From an uncultured Gammaproteobacteria bacterium (lineage in GTDB: Bacteria; Patescibacteriota; Microgenomatia; Levybacterales; GWA1-39-11), in NCBI GenBank assembly GCA_964511965.1, contig CAZEGF010000023.1, positions 42,887 through 106,886 of the forward strand: DNA of 64,000 nt. The letters run 5' to 3'. The translations under genes and the position numbers were made by a program. This document shows positions 28,867-38,571 of the stretch, piece after piece. Position 1 is the stretch's first letter; each line of letters starts with the position of its first letter. A model generated the notes under the pieces. The model searched no databases. It was not told where the DNA came from and saw only the letters and a program-made list of their open reading frames with translations.

Positions 28867-30078
28867 ATGGATCAGGAAGCAGTTGTGAAAGACAGAAGAT
28901 TAGAAACAAAGAAAAAGACAATGAATGCAAAAATATTAATTACAGGTATTGTTGTTTATATTGTAAGTGCCGTTGTTTCGTTTTTGATTTTCAGTGGTTT
29001 GTCAGGACCTAGTGCCGTTCCTGTTACTGCTCCTAAAAAAACTGCAAGCGGTGGATTAATGTTTGATGATTCACTTCCAAAGACCGAAAGCTGTCCTATA
29101 AATGGAGCGAAATACTCAAAACAACAGAGGGCTTGGTGGGAAAAGCATGAACCATTGGGAGTTATGATAGAGAATCACACTGAAGCCCGTCCTCAAAGTG
29201 GAATATCATTTGCCGATGTGGTTTATGAGGCTATTGCTGAGGGTGGTATAACCCGTTTCTTAACTGTCTTCTACTGTCAGGATGCAGACGTTGTAGGACC
29301 GGTTAGATCTGCAAGAACGTATTTCATAGATTTCCTATCGGAATATGGTTCTTTTCCATTGTACGCACATGTGGGAGGAGCCAACAGTGATGGACAGGCA
29401 GACGCATTAGGACAACTTGAAACATACGGATGGGCAGGGGTTAATGATCTTAATCAATTCTCAATTGGATTCCCGGTATTTCTTCGTGATTATGACCGTT
29501 TAGGAAGAACAGTAGCGACAGAGCACACCATGTATTCTTCAACTACTAAATTGTGGGATTATGCCGCAAAATCAAGAAAGATTACTAACGTAAATCCGGA
29601 TGGTGAGAAGTGGGATAAAGATTTTGTACCATATACTTTTAAAGAAGATGCAGCTCTTTCAACAAGACCAGCTGCCCAAACGGTTTCATATGACTTCTGG
29701 GATGGGTACGGAGATTTCAGTGTTCTTTGGAATTATGATAAAACTACCAATTCTTATTTAAGAACTAACGGAGGAAAACCTCATTTGGATCTTGATACAA
29801 AAAAGCAGCTAACCGCTAAAAATGTCATCGTATTATTTATGAAGGAGAGTAGAGCAAATGATGGTTATGAAGGTAACCTACATATGCTATATGGGACGAA
29901 AGGAACTGGAAATGCAAAGGTATTTATGGATGGAGTTGAAACTGATGCAACATGGTCTAAAAAATCTAGAACTGCTCATCTATACCTTAAAGATAAGCGT
30001 GGGCAAGATATTGAACTTAACCGAGGAAAGATTTGGTTTTCAATTGTTTCTCCGACCACTGATGTTACTGTAAAGTAA
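28867..30078 (+). CDS. DUF3048 (YerB-like) domain protein
   Basis: P.GVMIENH..ARPQSG...AD.VYE..AEGGITRF, GPVRSAR.YF. Confidence 0.88.
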   Translation: MDQEAVVKDRRLETKKKTMNAKILITGIVVYIVSAVVSFLIFSGLSGPSAVPVTAPKKTASGGLMFDDSLPKTESCPINGAKYSKQQRAWWEKHEPLGVMIENHTEARPQSGISFADVVYEAIAEGGITRFLTVFYCQDADVVGPVRSARTYFIDFLSEYGSFPLYAHVGGANSDGQADALGQLETYGWAGVNDLNQFSIGFPVFLRDYDRLGRTVATEHTMYSSTTKLWDYAAKSRKITNVNPDGEKWDKDFVPYTFKEDAALSTRPAAQTVSYDFWDGYGDFSVLWNYDKTTNSYLRTNGGKPHLDLDTKKQLTAKNVIVLFMKESRANDGYEGNLHMLYGTKGTGNAKVFMDGVETDATWSKKSRTAHLYLKDKRGQDIELNRGKIWFSIVSPTTDVTVK

Positions 30079-30147
30079 AAACAGTTTTACCTCATTTCTC
30101 TCTTGTAAATATCAAAGGACTAGTATAATATATGTACTCAGAAGCAT

Positions 30148-30726
30148 ATGTTTGATGATTTGATTACTTCTAAAACCCGCATCAAAATTTTACACCTTTT
30201 TTTGGGAAACCTCGGGGAAATGTTTCATGTTAGAGAAATTGTTAGACGCGTTGATGAAGAGATCAATGCGGTAAGACGGGAGTTAATGCTTCTTGAGAAA
30301 AAGGGAATTTTAAATCGTGAAGCCCGTGCAAATAGAGTATATTATTCACTAGATACTTCATACCCATTTTATAATGATCTTGTTAAAATTCATGCGAAGG
30401 AATCTGGGTTAGGACGCGATATCATCAAGAATAGAGCAAAACTTGGGAGGATTAAATACGCCATGCTTTCAGGTGATTTTGCAAAAAATTCTCAAGAGAG
30501 TGGAGAAAGCGTTGATCTATTAGTTGTAGGAATAGTTGTCCTTCCGGAATTATCACTTATCATTAAAAAAGAAGAGGAGCTGAAAAAAAGAGAGATTAAT
30601 TATACAATTATGAATGAGGATGAATTTAATTTCAGAAAAGGAAGGCGTGATCCTTTTATTTCCTCAATTATTTATGGTTCACGCGTAATGCTTATTGGTG
30701 ACGAAGAGTCATTAGTAAAAGAATAA
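30148..30726 (+). CDS. Winged-HTH plus nucleotidyltransferase-like domain protein
   Basis: SKTR.KIL..F, HVREI.R, NAVRREL..L...G wHTH; LSG.F...VDLLVVG and REINY minimal NTase fold. Confidence 0.75.
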   Translation: MFDDLITSKTRIKILHLFLGNLGEMFHVREIVRRVDEEINAVRRELMLLEKKGILNREARANRVYYSLDTSYPFYNDLVKIHAKESGLGRDIIKNRAKLGRIKYAMLSGDFAKNSQESGESVDLLVVGIVVLPELSLIIKKEEELKKREINYTIMNEDEFNFRKGRRDPFISSIIYGSRVMLIGDEESLVKE

Positions 30727-30736
30727 TATTTCCTAT

Positions 30737-32134
30737 ATGCGTAATTCAAAAATATTCATTGCGGTTATTTCTGTAATCTCAGTGATTTTATTACTTCAAA
30801 ATATACCCGGAAAGATTGATCTTAGATCAGTAAAAATTCCATTTGTACAAAAAAATAAGCAGATAGCAAATACTGTTATTGATCCTCAAAAGATTGATCT
30901 AAGATTTTTGGCTATTCCATTTCAAAAAGATCTTTCATACAAATTGGGATTGGATCTTCAGGGTGGTACACAACTTACCTACAAGGTGGACATGAAAGGT
31001 ATAAAAAAAGAGGCACAACAAGACGCATTCGAAAGTGCGAGAGATGTTATTGAAAGACGTATTAATTATTTAGGAGTTTCAGAGCCAACCATTCAGACAA
31101 TAAAATTGGCGAATGAATACAGAATTGTTGTTGACCTTCCGGGTATGTCTAACGTTTCTCAAGCAATTGATCTCATTGGGGCAACAGCCCAGCTAACATT
31201 TTGGGAGGGTGGAAAAGAAAAGCCGATTCAGACCCCTGGTCAGGATATGTTTCTTTACACACTCGGACAATTAATTGGTGCAAATCCTCTTCCAACGAAA
31301 TTAACTGGTAAAGATCTTCAGAAAGCAACGGTAGTTTTTGATAAAACAACGGGCAAGCCTCAAGTGCAAATACAATTTTCTGGTCAGGGTGCAAAATATT
31401 TTGATGAAATTACCAAAAGAAATATTGGCCATCCGGTTGCAATTGCTTTGGACAATCAAGTCATAAGTGCGCCTGTTGTTCAAACGGAAATTGCAAACGG
31501 AATAGCAGTAATATCCGGAACATTTACACCGGATATTGCGAAAAATTTAGCTATCGCTTTAAATGCTGGTGCACTCCCGGCCCCCCTTCATGTAATAGCT
31601 CAGTCATCTGTAGGTCCATCGCTAGGAATTGACTCTCTGCATAAAAGTATGTTTGCTGCGATCATAGGATTCTTATCAATTATATTTTTCATGACATACA
31701 TTTATAGAAAAGAAGGGGTAATTGCATGTGTTGCCCTTGCCATGTATACGGTAATAACACTATTTATTTATAAGCTTATTCCTGTTACATTAACCCTTGC
31801 CGGAATTGCAGGTTTCATCCTTTCAATTGGAATGGCTGTTGATGCCAACATATTGATATTTGAAAGAATGAAAGAAGAGCTTCGTCGTGGCAAGCCTCGT
31901 GACATTGCCATGAAGAATGGTTTTTCTAGGGCATGGACTTCAATTCGTGACTCAAATATTACAAGTATTATTACATGTGCAATATTATTTTACTTTGGTA
32001 GTGGTATTGTGAGAGGGTTTGCCTTGACGCTATTTTTAGGTATTGTCATTAGTATGTTCTCAGCAATTACTATTACTAGAAATTTACTTTATGTTTTCGA
32101 CACCAAAGAAAAAAAGAGTTCGATTAATCACTGA
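30737..32134 (+). CDS. secD: Protein translocase subunit SecD
   Basis: LGLDLQGG, RIN.LGVSEP, AGALPAP, GIAGFILSIGMAVDANILIFER.KEE. Confidence 0.97.
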   Translation: MRNSKIFIAVISVISVILLLQNIPGKIDLRSVKIPFVQKNKQIANTVIDPQKIDLRFLAIPFQKDLSYKLGLDLQGGTQLTYKVDMKGIKKEAQQDAFESARDVIERRINYLGVSEPTIQTIKLANEYRIVVDLPGMSNVSQAIDLIGATAQLTFWEGGKEKPIQTPGQDMFLYTLGQLIGANPLPTKLTGKDLQKATVVFDKTTGKPQVQIQFSGQGAKYFDEITKRNIGHPVAIALDNQVISAPVVQTEIANGIAVISGTFTPDIAKNLAIALNAGALPAPLHVIAQSSVGPSLGIDSLHKSMFAAIIGFLSIIFFMTYIYRKEGVIACVALAMYTVITLFIYKLIPVTLTLAGIAGFILSIGMAVDANILIFERMKEELRRGKPRDIAMKNGFSRAWTSIRDSNITSIITCAILFYFGSGIVRGFALTLFLGIVISMFSAITITRNLLYVFDTKEKKSSINH

Positions 32135-32155
32135 TTACTAATCACTAATCACTAA
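32125..32155 (+). repeat. TAATCAC heptamer tandem repeat (x4)
   Basis: TAATCAC TGATTAC TAATCAC TAATCAC TAA across the secD stop. Confidence 0.8.
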
Positions 32156-32158
32156 ATT

Positions 32159-33097
32159 ATGGATATTGTAGGAAAAAGAAGAATATTTTTAACAATTTCG
32201 GGTATTGCAACGGCAATAGGACTTTTGTCCATTATTCTTTTTGGATTTAAACTATCAATTGAATTTACAGGCGGTTCAAAACTTGAAGTTGCTTCAACTG
32301 ACAACAGAGCTCTTGACATCAATAAGATAAAAGAGGCATTTAATGCTCAAAGAATAAAAGTCGTAACAATAACAAAAAATTCGGATAAGGATTTAATGAT
32401 CAGAACCGATCAGATAACAGATGCACAAAAAAATCAAGTTTTGGCAAAAATAACCGATAAAAAGATCAATATAAAAGAAAAAAGTTTTGACACATTAGGA
32501 CCAATAATTGGATCAGAAACAACTAATAACGCTCTTAAAGCGATAGGTCTTGCCATACTTGCAATTACTCTTTATATAGCGTTTGCTTTCAGAACAGTTT
32601 CAAAACCGGTATCTTCATGGAAATTTGGTATTAGTGCAATTATTGCTCTTGTGCATGATGTACTTATTGTTGTTGGGACATTTTCTCTTCTTGGATTATT
32701 TTTTGGAGTAGAAGTTGATGTTTTATTTATAACAGCAGTTCTAACAATAATGGGATTTTCGGTTCATGACACTATTGTTGTTTTTGATAGGATCCGGGAA
32801 AACCTGATAAAAAATGTCAGAAATCTTACCTTCGAGCAAGTAGTAAATCAAAGTTTTAATGAAACGCTAGCAAGATCCTTAAATACATCTCTTACTGTTG
32901 TTCTTGTTCTTTTTGCATTACTACTATTTGGAGGAGCTTCTATAAAATGGTTTATTGTCGCATTTTTAGTAGGAATTATAACTGGAACATACTCATCAAT
33001 TTTTGTTGCGAGTGCAGTTCTTATAGAGTGGTACGATCTCAATAAAAGAGGTATAACATTTAAAAATCTCCTCAATAAATCAAAAAAGAAAAAGTGA
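32159..33097 (+). CDS. secF: Protein translocase subunit SecF
   Basis: IEFTGGS, IIALVHDV, GFSVHDTIVVFDRIREN, GTYSSIFVAS. Confidence 0.97.
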   Translation: MDIVGKRRIFLTISGIATAIGLLSIILFGFKLSIEFTGGSKLEVASTDNRALDINKIKEAFNAQRIKVVTITKNSDKDLMIRTDQITDAQKNQVLAKITDKKINIKEKSFDTLGPIIGSETTNNALKAIGLAILAITLYIAFAFRTVSKPVSSWKFGISAIIALVHDVLIVVGTFSLLGLFFGVEVDVLFITAVLTIMGFSVHDTIVVFDRIRENLIKNVRNLTFEQVVNQSFNETLARSLNTSLTVVLVLFALLLFGGASIKWFIVAFLVGIITGTYSSIFVASAVLIEWYDLNKRGITFKNLLNKSKKKK

Positions 33098-33525
33098 AAT
33101 CTACTCCAAAAGTAACAAAACAAATCACAGTTTTTGTTGGTCTGGTTATCCATAACGAAAAATTACTGATGGTAAAAAGGTTTGAGCCGGAAGTGAAAGA
33201 CGCTCATTTAAAATGGGAAATTCCAGGTGGAAAGGTAGATTTTGGAGAAAATCCGGAACAAACAATAGTTAGAGAAATAAAAGAAGAAACCGGAGTAAAA
33301 GTAAAGGTAAAGCGATTGATTCCAACAGTTTACACAAAATATTGGGATTACCCATGGGGGATACAGCACACCATTTTACTTGGTTACGAATGTGAATTGA
33401 TTTCAGAAGGAAAGAGGACCAAAGATCACCACGTAGAGGATGTTATGTGGATTGAAATTTCTAATGTAAAAAAACTTGATAGGCTTCCGGGTGTAGATTT
33501 TTTTATAAAGGCATTAAGCGCCTAA
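33094..33525 (+). CDS. NUDIX hydrolase
   Basis: WEIPGGKVDFGE....IVREIKEETG Nudix box; GTG start overlaps secF stop. Confidence 0.9.
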   Translation: MKSTPKVTKQITVFVGLVIHNEKLLMVKRFEPEVKDAHLKWEIPGGKVDFGENPEQTIVREIKEETGVKVKVKRLIPTVYTKYWDYPWGIQHTILLGYECELISEGKRTKDHHVEDVMWIEISNVKKLDRLPGVDFFIKALSA

Positions 33526-33966
33526 TTGTTCCCGGACGATAGAGGACACCAATGATCCATCAGCTTTTCCTTTAGTTTTGGCAGATAACGCCCCCATTAC
33601 TTTTCCCATGTCCTGCATAGTTGAAGCACCAAGGGACTGAATTGTATCTTCGACTAGCTTTCTCACTTCTTCTTCAGACATTTGCTCTGGTAGATACCCT
33701 TGCAAAACTTCAAGCTCTCTTTTTTCTTTATCTGCAAGTTCTTGTCTGCCTCCTTTTTCGTATAATTCAATAGATTCTTTTCTCTTTTTTATTTCACGTC
33801 CTACAACTTCAATGACATCTTCATCAGTTGCCGTATAACCTGCCCCTCCCTTTTGGATTTCATGGTACTGTAGAGCAGATTTTAGCATGCGGATAGTAGA
33901 TAACTTTTCCTCTGCCTTTGAAAGCATTGCCTGCTTTAAATCTTCCTGAATGACGTCTTTTAGCAT
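33514..33966 (-). CDS. GatB/YqeY domain protein
   Basis: DLKQAM, IRMLKS, K.RKESI..Y..GGR..LA..E..E, YLP.QMS, DMGKVM, GKADG. Confidence 0.93.
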   Translation of the reverse strand: MLKDVIQEDLKQAMLSKAEEKLSTIRMLKSALQYHEIQKGGAGYTATDEDVIEVVGREIKKRKESIELYEKGGRQELADKEKRELEVLQGYLPEQMSEEEVRKLVEDTIQSLGASTMQDMGKVMGALSAKTKGKADGSLVSSIVREQLGA

Positions 33967-33989
33967 ATGGTAATTATATCATTTTTAAC

Positions 33990-34020
33990 TAATCACTAAT
34001 TACTAATCACTATTCACTAA
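33990..34020 (+). repeat. TAATCAC heptamer tandem repeat (x4)
   Basis: TAATCAC TAATTAC TAATCAC TATTCAC TAA. Confidence 0.8.
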
Positions 34021-34022
34021 AT

Positions 34023-34808
34023 TTATCCTTCATTTCTTGCGAATTGACCGGTTTCTAGTGATTTTCTATAGAAAAGGTAGAAGATAAGACATGAGGTAGC
34101 GAAATAAATAATATTGAGTCCAATTGCAAGAAAAAATAAACTCCAATCTGTTTGGGGATTTATGAAATTTTTTCTAGCAGCAACAAAAACATGTGTTGCC
34201 GGAATATAGTAAGAAATAATTTGGATTGGTTTGGGAAGAATGGTTATTGGGAAAAAAGATGCAGATAATGGTTGAAAAAGAAATACAGCTCCCCAAGCCA
34301 TTGCTTGAATTCTCGTCCCAAATCTAAATACTAATCCGGTAAGAACAATACCCATTGACCACGAAAATATTATTAAATTAGTGAAGTCCAAAATTATATT
34401 TAAAAATCCAATTTTTAGTATATTAAATCCGGTTATATAAAAGACAATAAATCCTACAATTATTAAAACTACTATACATTTGATAATAGAACTAATCATA
34501 AGAGCAGCCAAATATTCAGCGGTAGATAGGGGACTTACAAACATATTGCTTAAATTTCTCGACCAAACATTCCACAAAACTGAAACCGTTACGGAATATT
34601 GACCAACCCTAACAATTTCCCATAATACTAGACCTATGATCAGATAAACCGCACCTGTTGTATTTTGACTCCCTGCTAAGTATTTTGCGACAAACCCAAA
34701 AACGACAACCGTTATTGATGAAAAAATAAATAAATCAAAAATAACTTCAAGAGATCTTTTTGTAATAAAATATTCTTGCTGCATGATAGCAATAATTCTG
34801 TTAATCAT
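34023..34808 (-). CDS. ABC-2 type transporter permease
   Basis: 6 TM, W.RNL.N.FVSP, FFP...LP, P.THVF; coupled to upstream ATPase. Confidence 0.88.
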   Translation of the reverse strand: MINRIIAIMQQEYFITKRSLEVIFDLFIFSSITVVVFGFVAKYLAGSQNTTGAVYLIIGLVLWEIVRVGQYSVTVSVLWNVWSRNLSNMFVSPLSTAEYLAALMISSIIKCIVVLIIVGFIVFYITGFNILKIGFLNIILDFTNLIIFSWSMGIVLTGLVFRFGTRIQAMAWGAVFLFQPLSASFFPITILPKPIQIISYYIPATHVFVAARKNFINPQTDWSLFFLAIGLNIIYFATSCLIFYLFYRKSLETGQFARNEG

Positions 34809-35725
34809 TTTTGCCCCTCCCTTGCAATTGACAAAAAGACGTCTTCAAGTGTTGGTTTTTTCACTTCTATATCAGTAATATAAATATCCTCATTGGTAAG
34901 GCCGAAAATTAGTTTTGGAATAAGCGATTCTTTTGTATCTATATTAACTGTAAATTTGTTATGAAATGTATAGTTCTGTTTTTTAGAAGATAAATATTTT
35001 TTCATTCTTTCCTGGCTACCTTCAAAAGTCAGTTTTAATTGAGCAGCATCAATTCTTTTTGTAAGTTGTAGTGGTGTATCTTGTGCAACAATTTTTCCAT
35101 GATTAAGAATTATTACTTCATCGCAAATTCGGGTCACTTCTTCCATATTGTGACTTGTATATAAAATAGATAATTTTTCATCATTTTTAAGTTGCTCAAC
35201 AAAAGTTAGTACTTTGTCAGCAATATCGGGGTCAAGAGAAGCTGTGGGTTCATCCAAAAGTAATAATTCAGGTTTATTAAGCATAGCTTTGATTATGTTA
35301 ACCCTAGTTTTTTGTCCGGCAGATAAATCCCAAAACCGTTGGCTTAGTAAATCCGATATTTCAAAATATTCAAGAAGTTCTTTAACTTTCTTTTCAGCGT
35401 TCTTGACTGAGTAAAGACGAGCAAAAACAACTAAATTTTCCCAAACCGATATTCTTCCTTGCAGAGTATTATAAGCAGAGGCGAAATTTATTCTCTGTAG
35501 TATTTCCTGTCTATTTTTAAAGAAATCCTTCCCGAAATATTCAATAAAACCTGAAGTTATTGAACTGATTCCCAAAAGCATTTGGATGGTTGTAGTTTTA
35601 CCGGCTCCATTGGGTCCTAGAAAACCAAGGATTTTACCTTTCTCTACAGAAAATGAGATTGAGTCAACTGCAACAAAAGAGCCGTATTTTTTGGACAAAT
35701 CATTAACTGTTAAGACAGAGGACAT
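34805..35725 (-). CDS. ABC transporter ATP-binding protein (DrrA-like)
   Basis: GPNGAGKTT, LSAGQ, LLLDEPTASLDP, TSHNM.E, PTLEDVFL. Confidence 0.93.
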   Translation of the reverse strand: MSSVLTVNDLSKKYGSFVAVDSISFSVEKGKILGFLGPNGAGKTTTIQMLLGISSITSGFIEYFGKDFFKNRQEILQRINFASAYNTLQGRISVWENLVVFARLYSVKNAEKKVKELLEYFEISDLLSQRFWDLSAGQKTRVNIIKAMLNKPELLLLDEPTASLDPDIADKVLTFVEQLKNDEKLSILYTSHNMEEVTRICDEVIILNHGKIVAQDTPLQLTKRIDAAQLKLTFEGSQERMKKYLSSKKQNYTFHNKFTVNIDTKESLIPKLIFGLTNEDIYITDIEVKKPTLEDVFLSIAREGQK

Positions 35726-35742
35726 TTAGTAATTGTACCAAA

Positions 35743-37185
35743 TTAAATTTTCTTAAGTACTTTGTATAATTTAGAGGTTTTGTTTTGCTTGAATAAAACT
35801 ATGTTTCCATGTTTTTCAAGATTTATTATACCATTCATAAAATCGTCTCTAGATCCAAGATAATGTAGACTATTCCATGTACTTCCTGTATCAATTAATA
35901 AATACTTTGGATTTCCTCCAACCCGGAACCACCGGCATGTTGATAGTTCACATGGGCTATCAGTTTTAAAATCACGAAGACTTGGGAAGAGAGTATATAA
36001 TTCTTTTCTATGAGCCAAATGCGCACCAATATTTATTTGAGTTACAACAGATTCGTTCTCTGGGACTTGTTTTAACATTTCGTAAATGTTATTTACTTCC
36101 GGAGGAATTGTCCAAAAATATTTTTTTGTTAAATAGGAAAGTGGAAGATGAAGATAATATTGTAAGACAAGTGCACATACTATCAAGTAAACAGCTGTTT
36201 TCCAATTATTTAATCTTTTAAATCTTGAAATGGCAATTATTGTAGGCCACACAAGTAGTAATCCAACCGTGCTTCTATAATGAAGAAATATTCCCTCAGT
36301 CCTTATTGCGATATGCCCCAGAACGAAATAATGCCCCAAATCCCCTATAAATGGAATAAGATAAATAAAAGATAATAATGGGAGAAATCCAAACCATCCT
36401 AGGGAATATAAATATGTTTTTTGTTTGTCTAATGAATCTATAAAATAGTACGGATTTATATCACTTAAAAGTCCACGAGGATTTGCAAAATGATATCCAC
36501 CTGGAACAAAATTAGGAAAATATACAAAAAAAACAAATATTAAATATATTAATGAAATAACACCGGAAATTAGTGAGGTTTTAGTTTTGTTTTTAATGAA
36601 ATACGTAAGACTGATAAGAAGAGTTAAAAATGCAATATCTTCCTTACAAATTATTGCAAGAATTAAAAAAAGATATGTTAATTTTGTTTTTTTGCATTCA
36701 AGAAAGTACAGAAACCAAGAAATAAATCCAACAGCAAAAACTAACGTATGTACATCGGACCAAATGGCAAATTGCAAACCAAAAAAAGCAAGGTACGTGG
36801 CAAATATAGTGTTTGCAAGCACGTCTTTTATGAGATACTTTTTTGCTATTAGTAAAACTGCAACCCCTGAAGCAATCACACTTGCAACTTGAAGAATTAT
36901 CAAAACATACACACTATTTATCACCCAGTATAAAGGAGCAAGAAGAACGAGTATTAACTCTAAATGATCGTAGTAAATAGGAGCATCATAATAAACATGC
37001 GTTGTGGAAATTGGATTTAAAAAGTGCGAGTATTTCCAAATAGCTTGATCAATGATAGAAAGATCATAACCTGATAGGAAAGAGTAGTGTTTTATTATTG
37101 AAAGAAGTAAATAACAAATCGAAAAAGCAAAACCTATAAAAATTGGAATGAAGTGTTTTTTAAGAAAATTCTTTTTCAATTTCAT
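35743..37185 (-). CDS. DUF2079-type GT-C-like membrane protein
   Basis: H..F..YDL.I.DQ.IW, DH, P.YW, L..LQ, D.H, KED, HY, HLAHR motifs. Confidence 0.78.
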   Translation of the reverse strand: MKLKKNFLKKHFIPIFIGFAFSICYLLLSIIKHYSFLSGYDLSIIDQAIWKYSHFLNPISTTHVYYDAPIYYDHLELILVLLAPLYWVINSVYVLIILQVASVIASGVAVLLIAKKYLIKDVLANTIFATYLAFFGLQFAIWSDVHTLVFAVGFISWFLYFLECKKTKLTYLFLILAIICKEDIAFLTLLISLTYFIKNKTKTSLISGVISLIYLIFVFFVYFPNFVPGGYHFANPRGLLSDINPYYFIDSLDKQKTYLYSLGWFGFLPLLSFIYLIPFIGDLGHYFVLGHIAIRTEGIFLHYRSTVGLLLVWPTIIAISRFKRLNNWKTAVYLIVCALVLQYYLHLPLSYLTKKYFWTIPPEVNNIYEMLKQVPENESVVTQINIGAHLAHRKELYTLFPSLRDFKTDSPCELSTCRWFRVGGNPKYLLIDTGSTWNSLHYLGSRDDFMNGIINLEKHGNIVLFKQNKTSKLYKVLKKI

Positions 37186-38536
37186 GAAGTCTAGAGATTA
37201 AATAATCTTTATTATTTTTTGATAAATCTTCATCTACCTCCAAAAACAGTTTCTGAAGTATATCTCCTACTTTTCTTCCCGGTCTGATATTGAGCTCTGT
37301 CATGATGTCATTTCCGTCTATCGCCATATCATTTATTGAGAATGGAGGATTGAGTTGTTCCTCGAGTCTCTCTTTAAATTTTTTTAGTCTCCAGGATTCT
37401 GCAGTTTGTGTACCACCCCCCAGTCTATCGCCAATTCTCAGATCAATCATGTCTTTGACATTTTCAAGACCTACCCGTCTGATAAATCGTCTAACAGCAC
37501 TATCTGTAATATGCTCATCAACCGTGAACATATGCCACCTTATGAGTGTATATATTTTATCTTTGTCTTTATTTGAAAATCTAAGGCGCTCTGCAATTTC
37601 TCTTGCAACTTTTGCACCTACTACTTCGTGGTTATAGAAAATTACAAATCCGTCTTTATCATTCGTTGCTACATAAGGTTTCCCTACATCATGTAGTAGT
37701 GCAGAAAATTTAACCAATGGATCTTTTGATGGACATTCTTTAAGAGACAGTAAATTATGTGTAAATACATCTGTTGTGTGATGTCTTCCTGGTCTTGCCT
37801 GGGATACCCCTTTTCCTTTCAAAAGTTCGGGAAAAATAATATCCAAAATTCCAATCTCATCAAGAATGACAATTCCTTTATAAGCATTATCAGTTGCAAG
37901 TATCTTAATTAGTTCGTCATGAATCCTTTCATGCGACACATGCTCAATTAGATGACTGTCATTTTTAATAGCTGTAAATGTTTTTTCTTCAATTTCAAAA
38001 TTAAGTTGTGCGCAGAATCTGACTGCCCGCATAAGTCTTAATGCATCTTCTTTGAACCGCTCGTCGGGATTGCCAACAGCTCTAATTAATTTATTTTTTA
38101 AATCCTCCTGCCCATTAACCTTATCTATTATTTCGCATGATCCATCATTTAAAATTTTTAGAGCCAATGCATTTACGGTAAAATCCCGTCTTGAAACATC
38201 TTCATCTAACGTTTTCCCCCATATTACTTCCCCCGGATGTCTGTAATCAGAATAAGATGACTCTGTCCGAAATGTTGTGATCTCAGCGTAATCTTTATGG
38301 TCATCTGATTGGACGGGATACTTTACACCAACTGTACCAAAGTCATTGTCGTAAAAAGAATCGGGAAATACTTCTTGAATTTGAGTGGGAGTAGCATTAG
38401 TAGTCATGTCCCAGTCTGTGACAGAAATTCCCATTAACAAATTTCTTACACAACCACCAACTAAATAAACTTCAAATCCGGCTTTTTCCAGTTGAGAATA
38501 GATTGATTTGACGTCTTTATTGATTGATAAATCCAT
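37160..38536 (-). CDS. cca: tRNA nucleotidyltransferase (CCA-adding/poly(A) polymerase family) with HD domain
   Basis: YLVGGCVR, D.D.TT, EITTFR, RRDFTVNA, RF.EDALR..RA.RF, LLHDVGKP. Confidence 0.9.
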   Translation of the reverse strand: MDLSINKDVKSIYSQLEKAGFEVYLVGGCVRNLLMGISVTDWDMTTNATPTQIQEVFPDSFYDNDFGTVGVKYPVQSDDHKDYAEITTFRTESSYSDYRHPGEVIWGKTLDEDVSRRDFTVNALALKILNDGSCEIIDKVNGQEDLKNKLIRAVGNPDERFKEDALRLMRAVRFCAQLNFEIEEKTFTAIKNDSHLIEHVSHERIHDELIKILATDNAYKGIVILDEIGILDIIFPELLKGKGVSQARPGRHHTTDVFTHNLLSLKECPSKDPLVKFSALLHDVGKPYVATNDKDGFVIFYNHEVVGAKVAREIAERLRFSNKDKDKIYTLIRWHMFTVDEHITDSAVRRFIRRVGLENVKDMIDLRIGDRLGGGTQTAESWRLKKFKERLEEQLNPPFSINDMAIDGNDIMTELNIRPGRKVGDILQKLFLEVDEDLSKNNKDYLISRLHEIEKEFS

Positions 38537-38571
38537 ATGGTATTATGAGAGTTACTATAAAAAAGTATATC

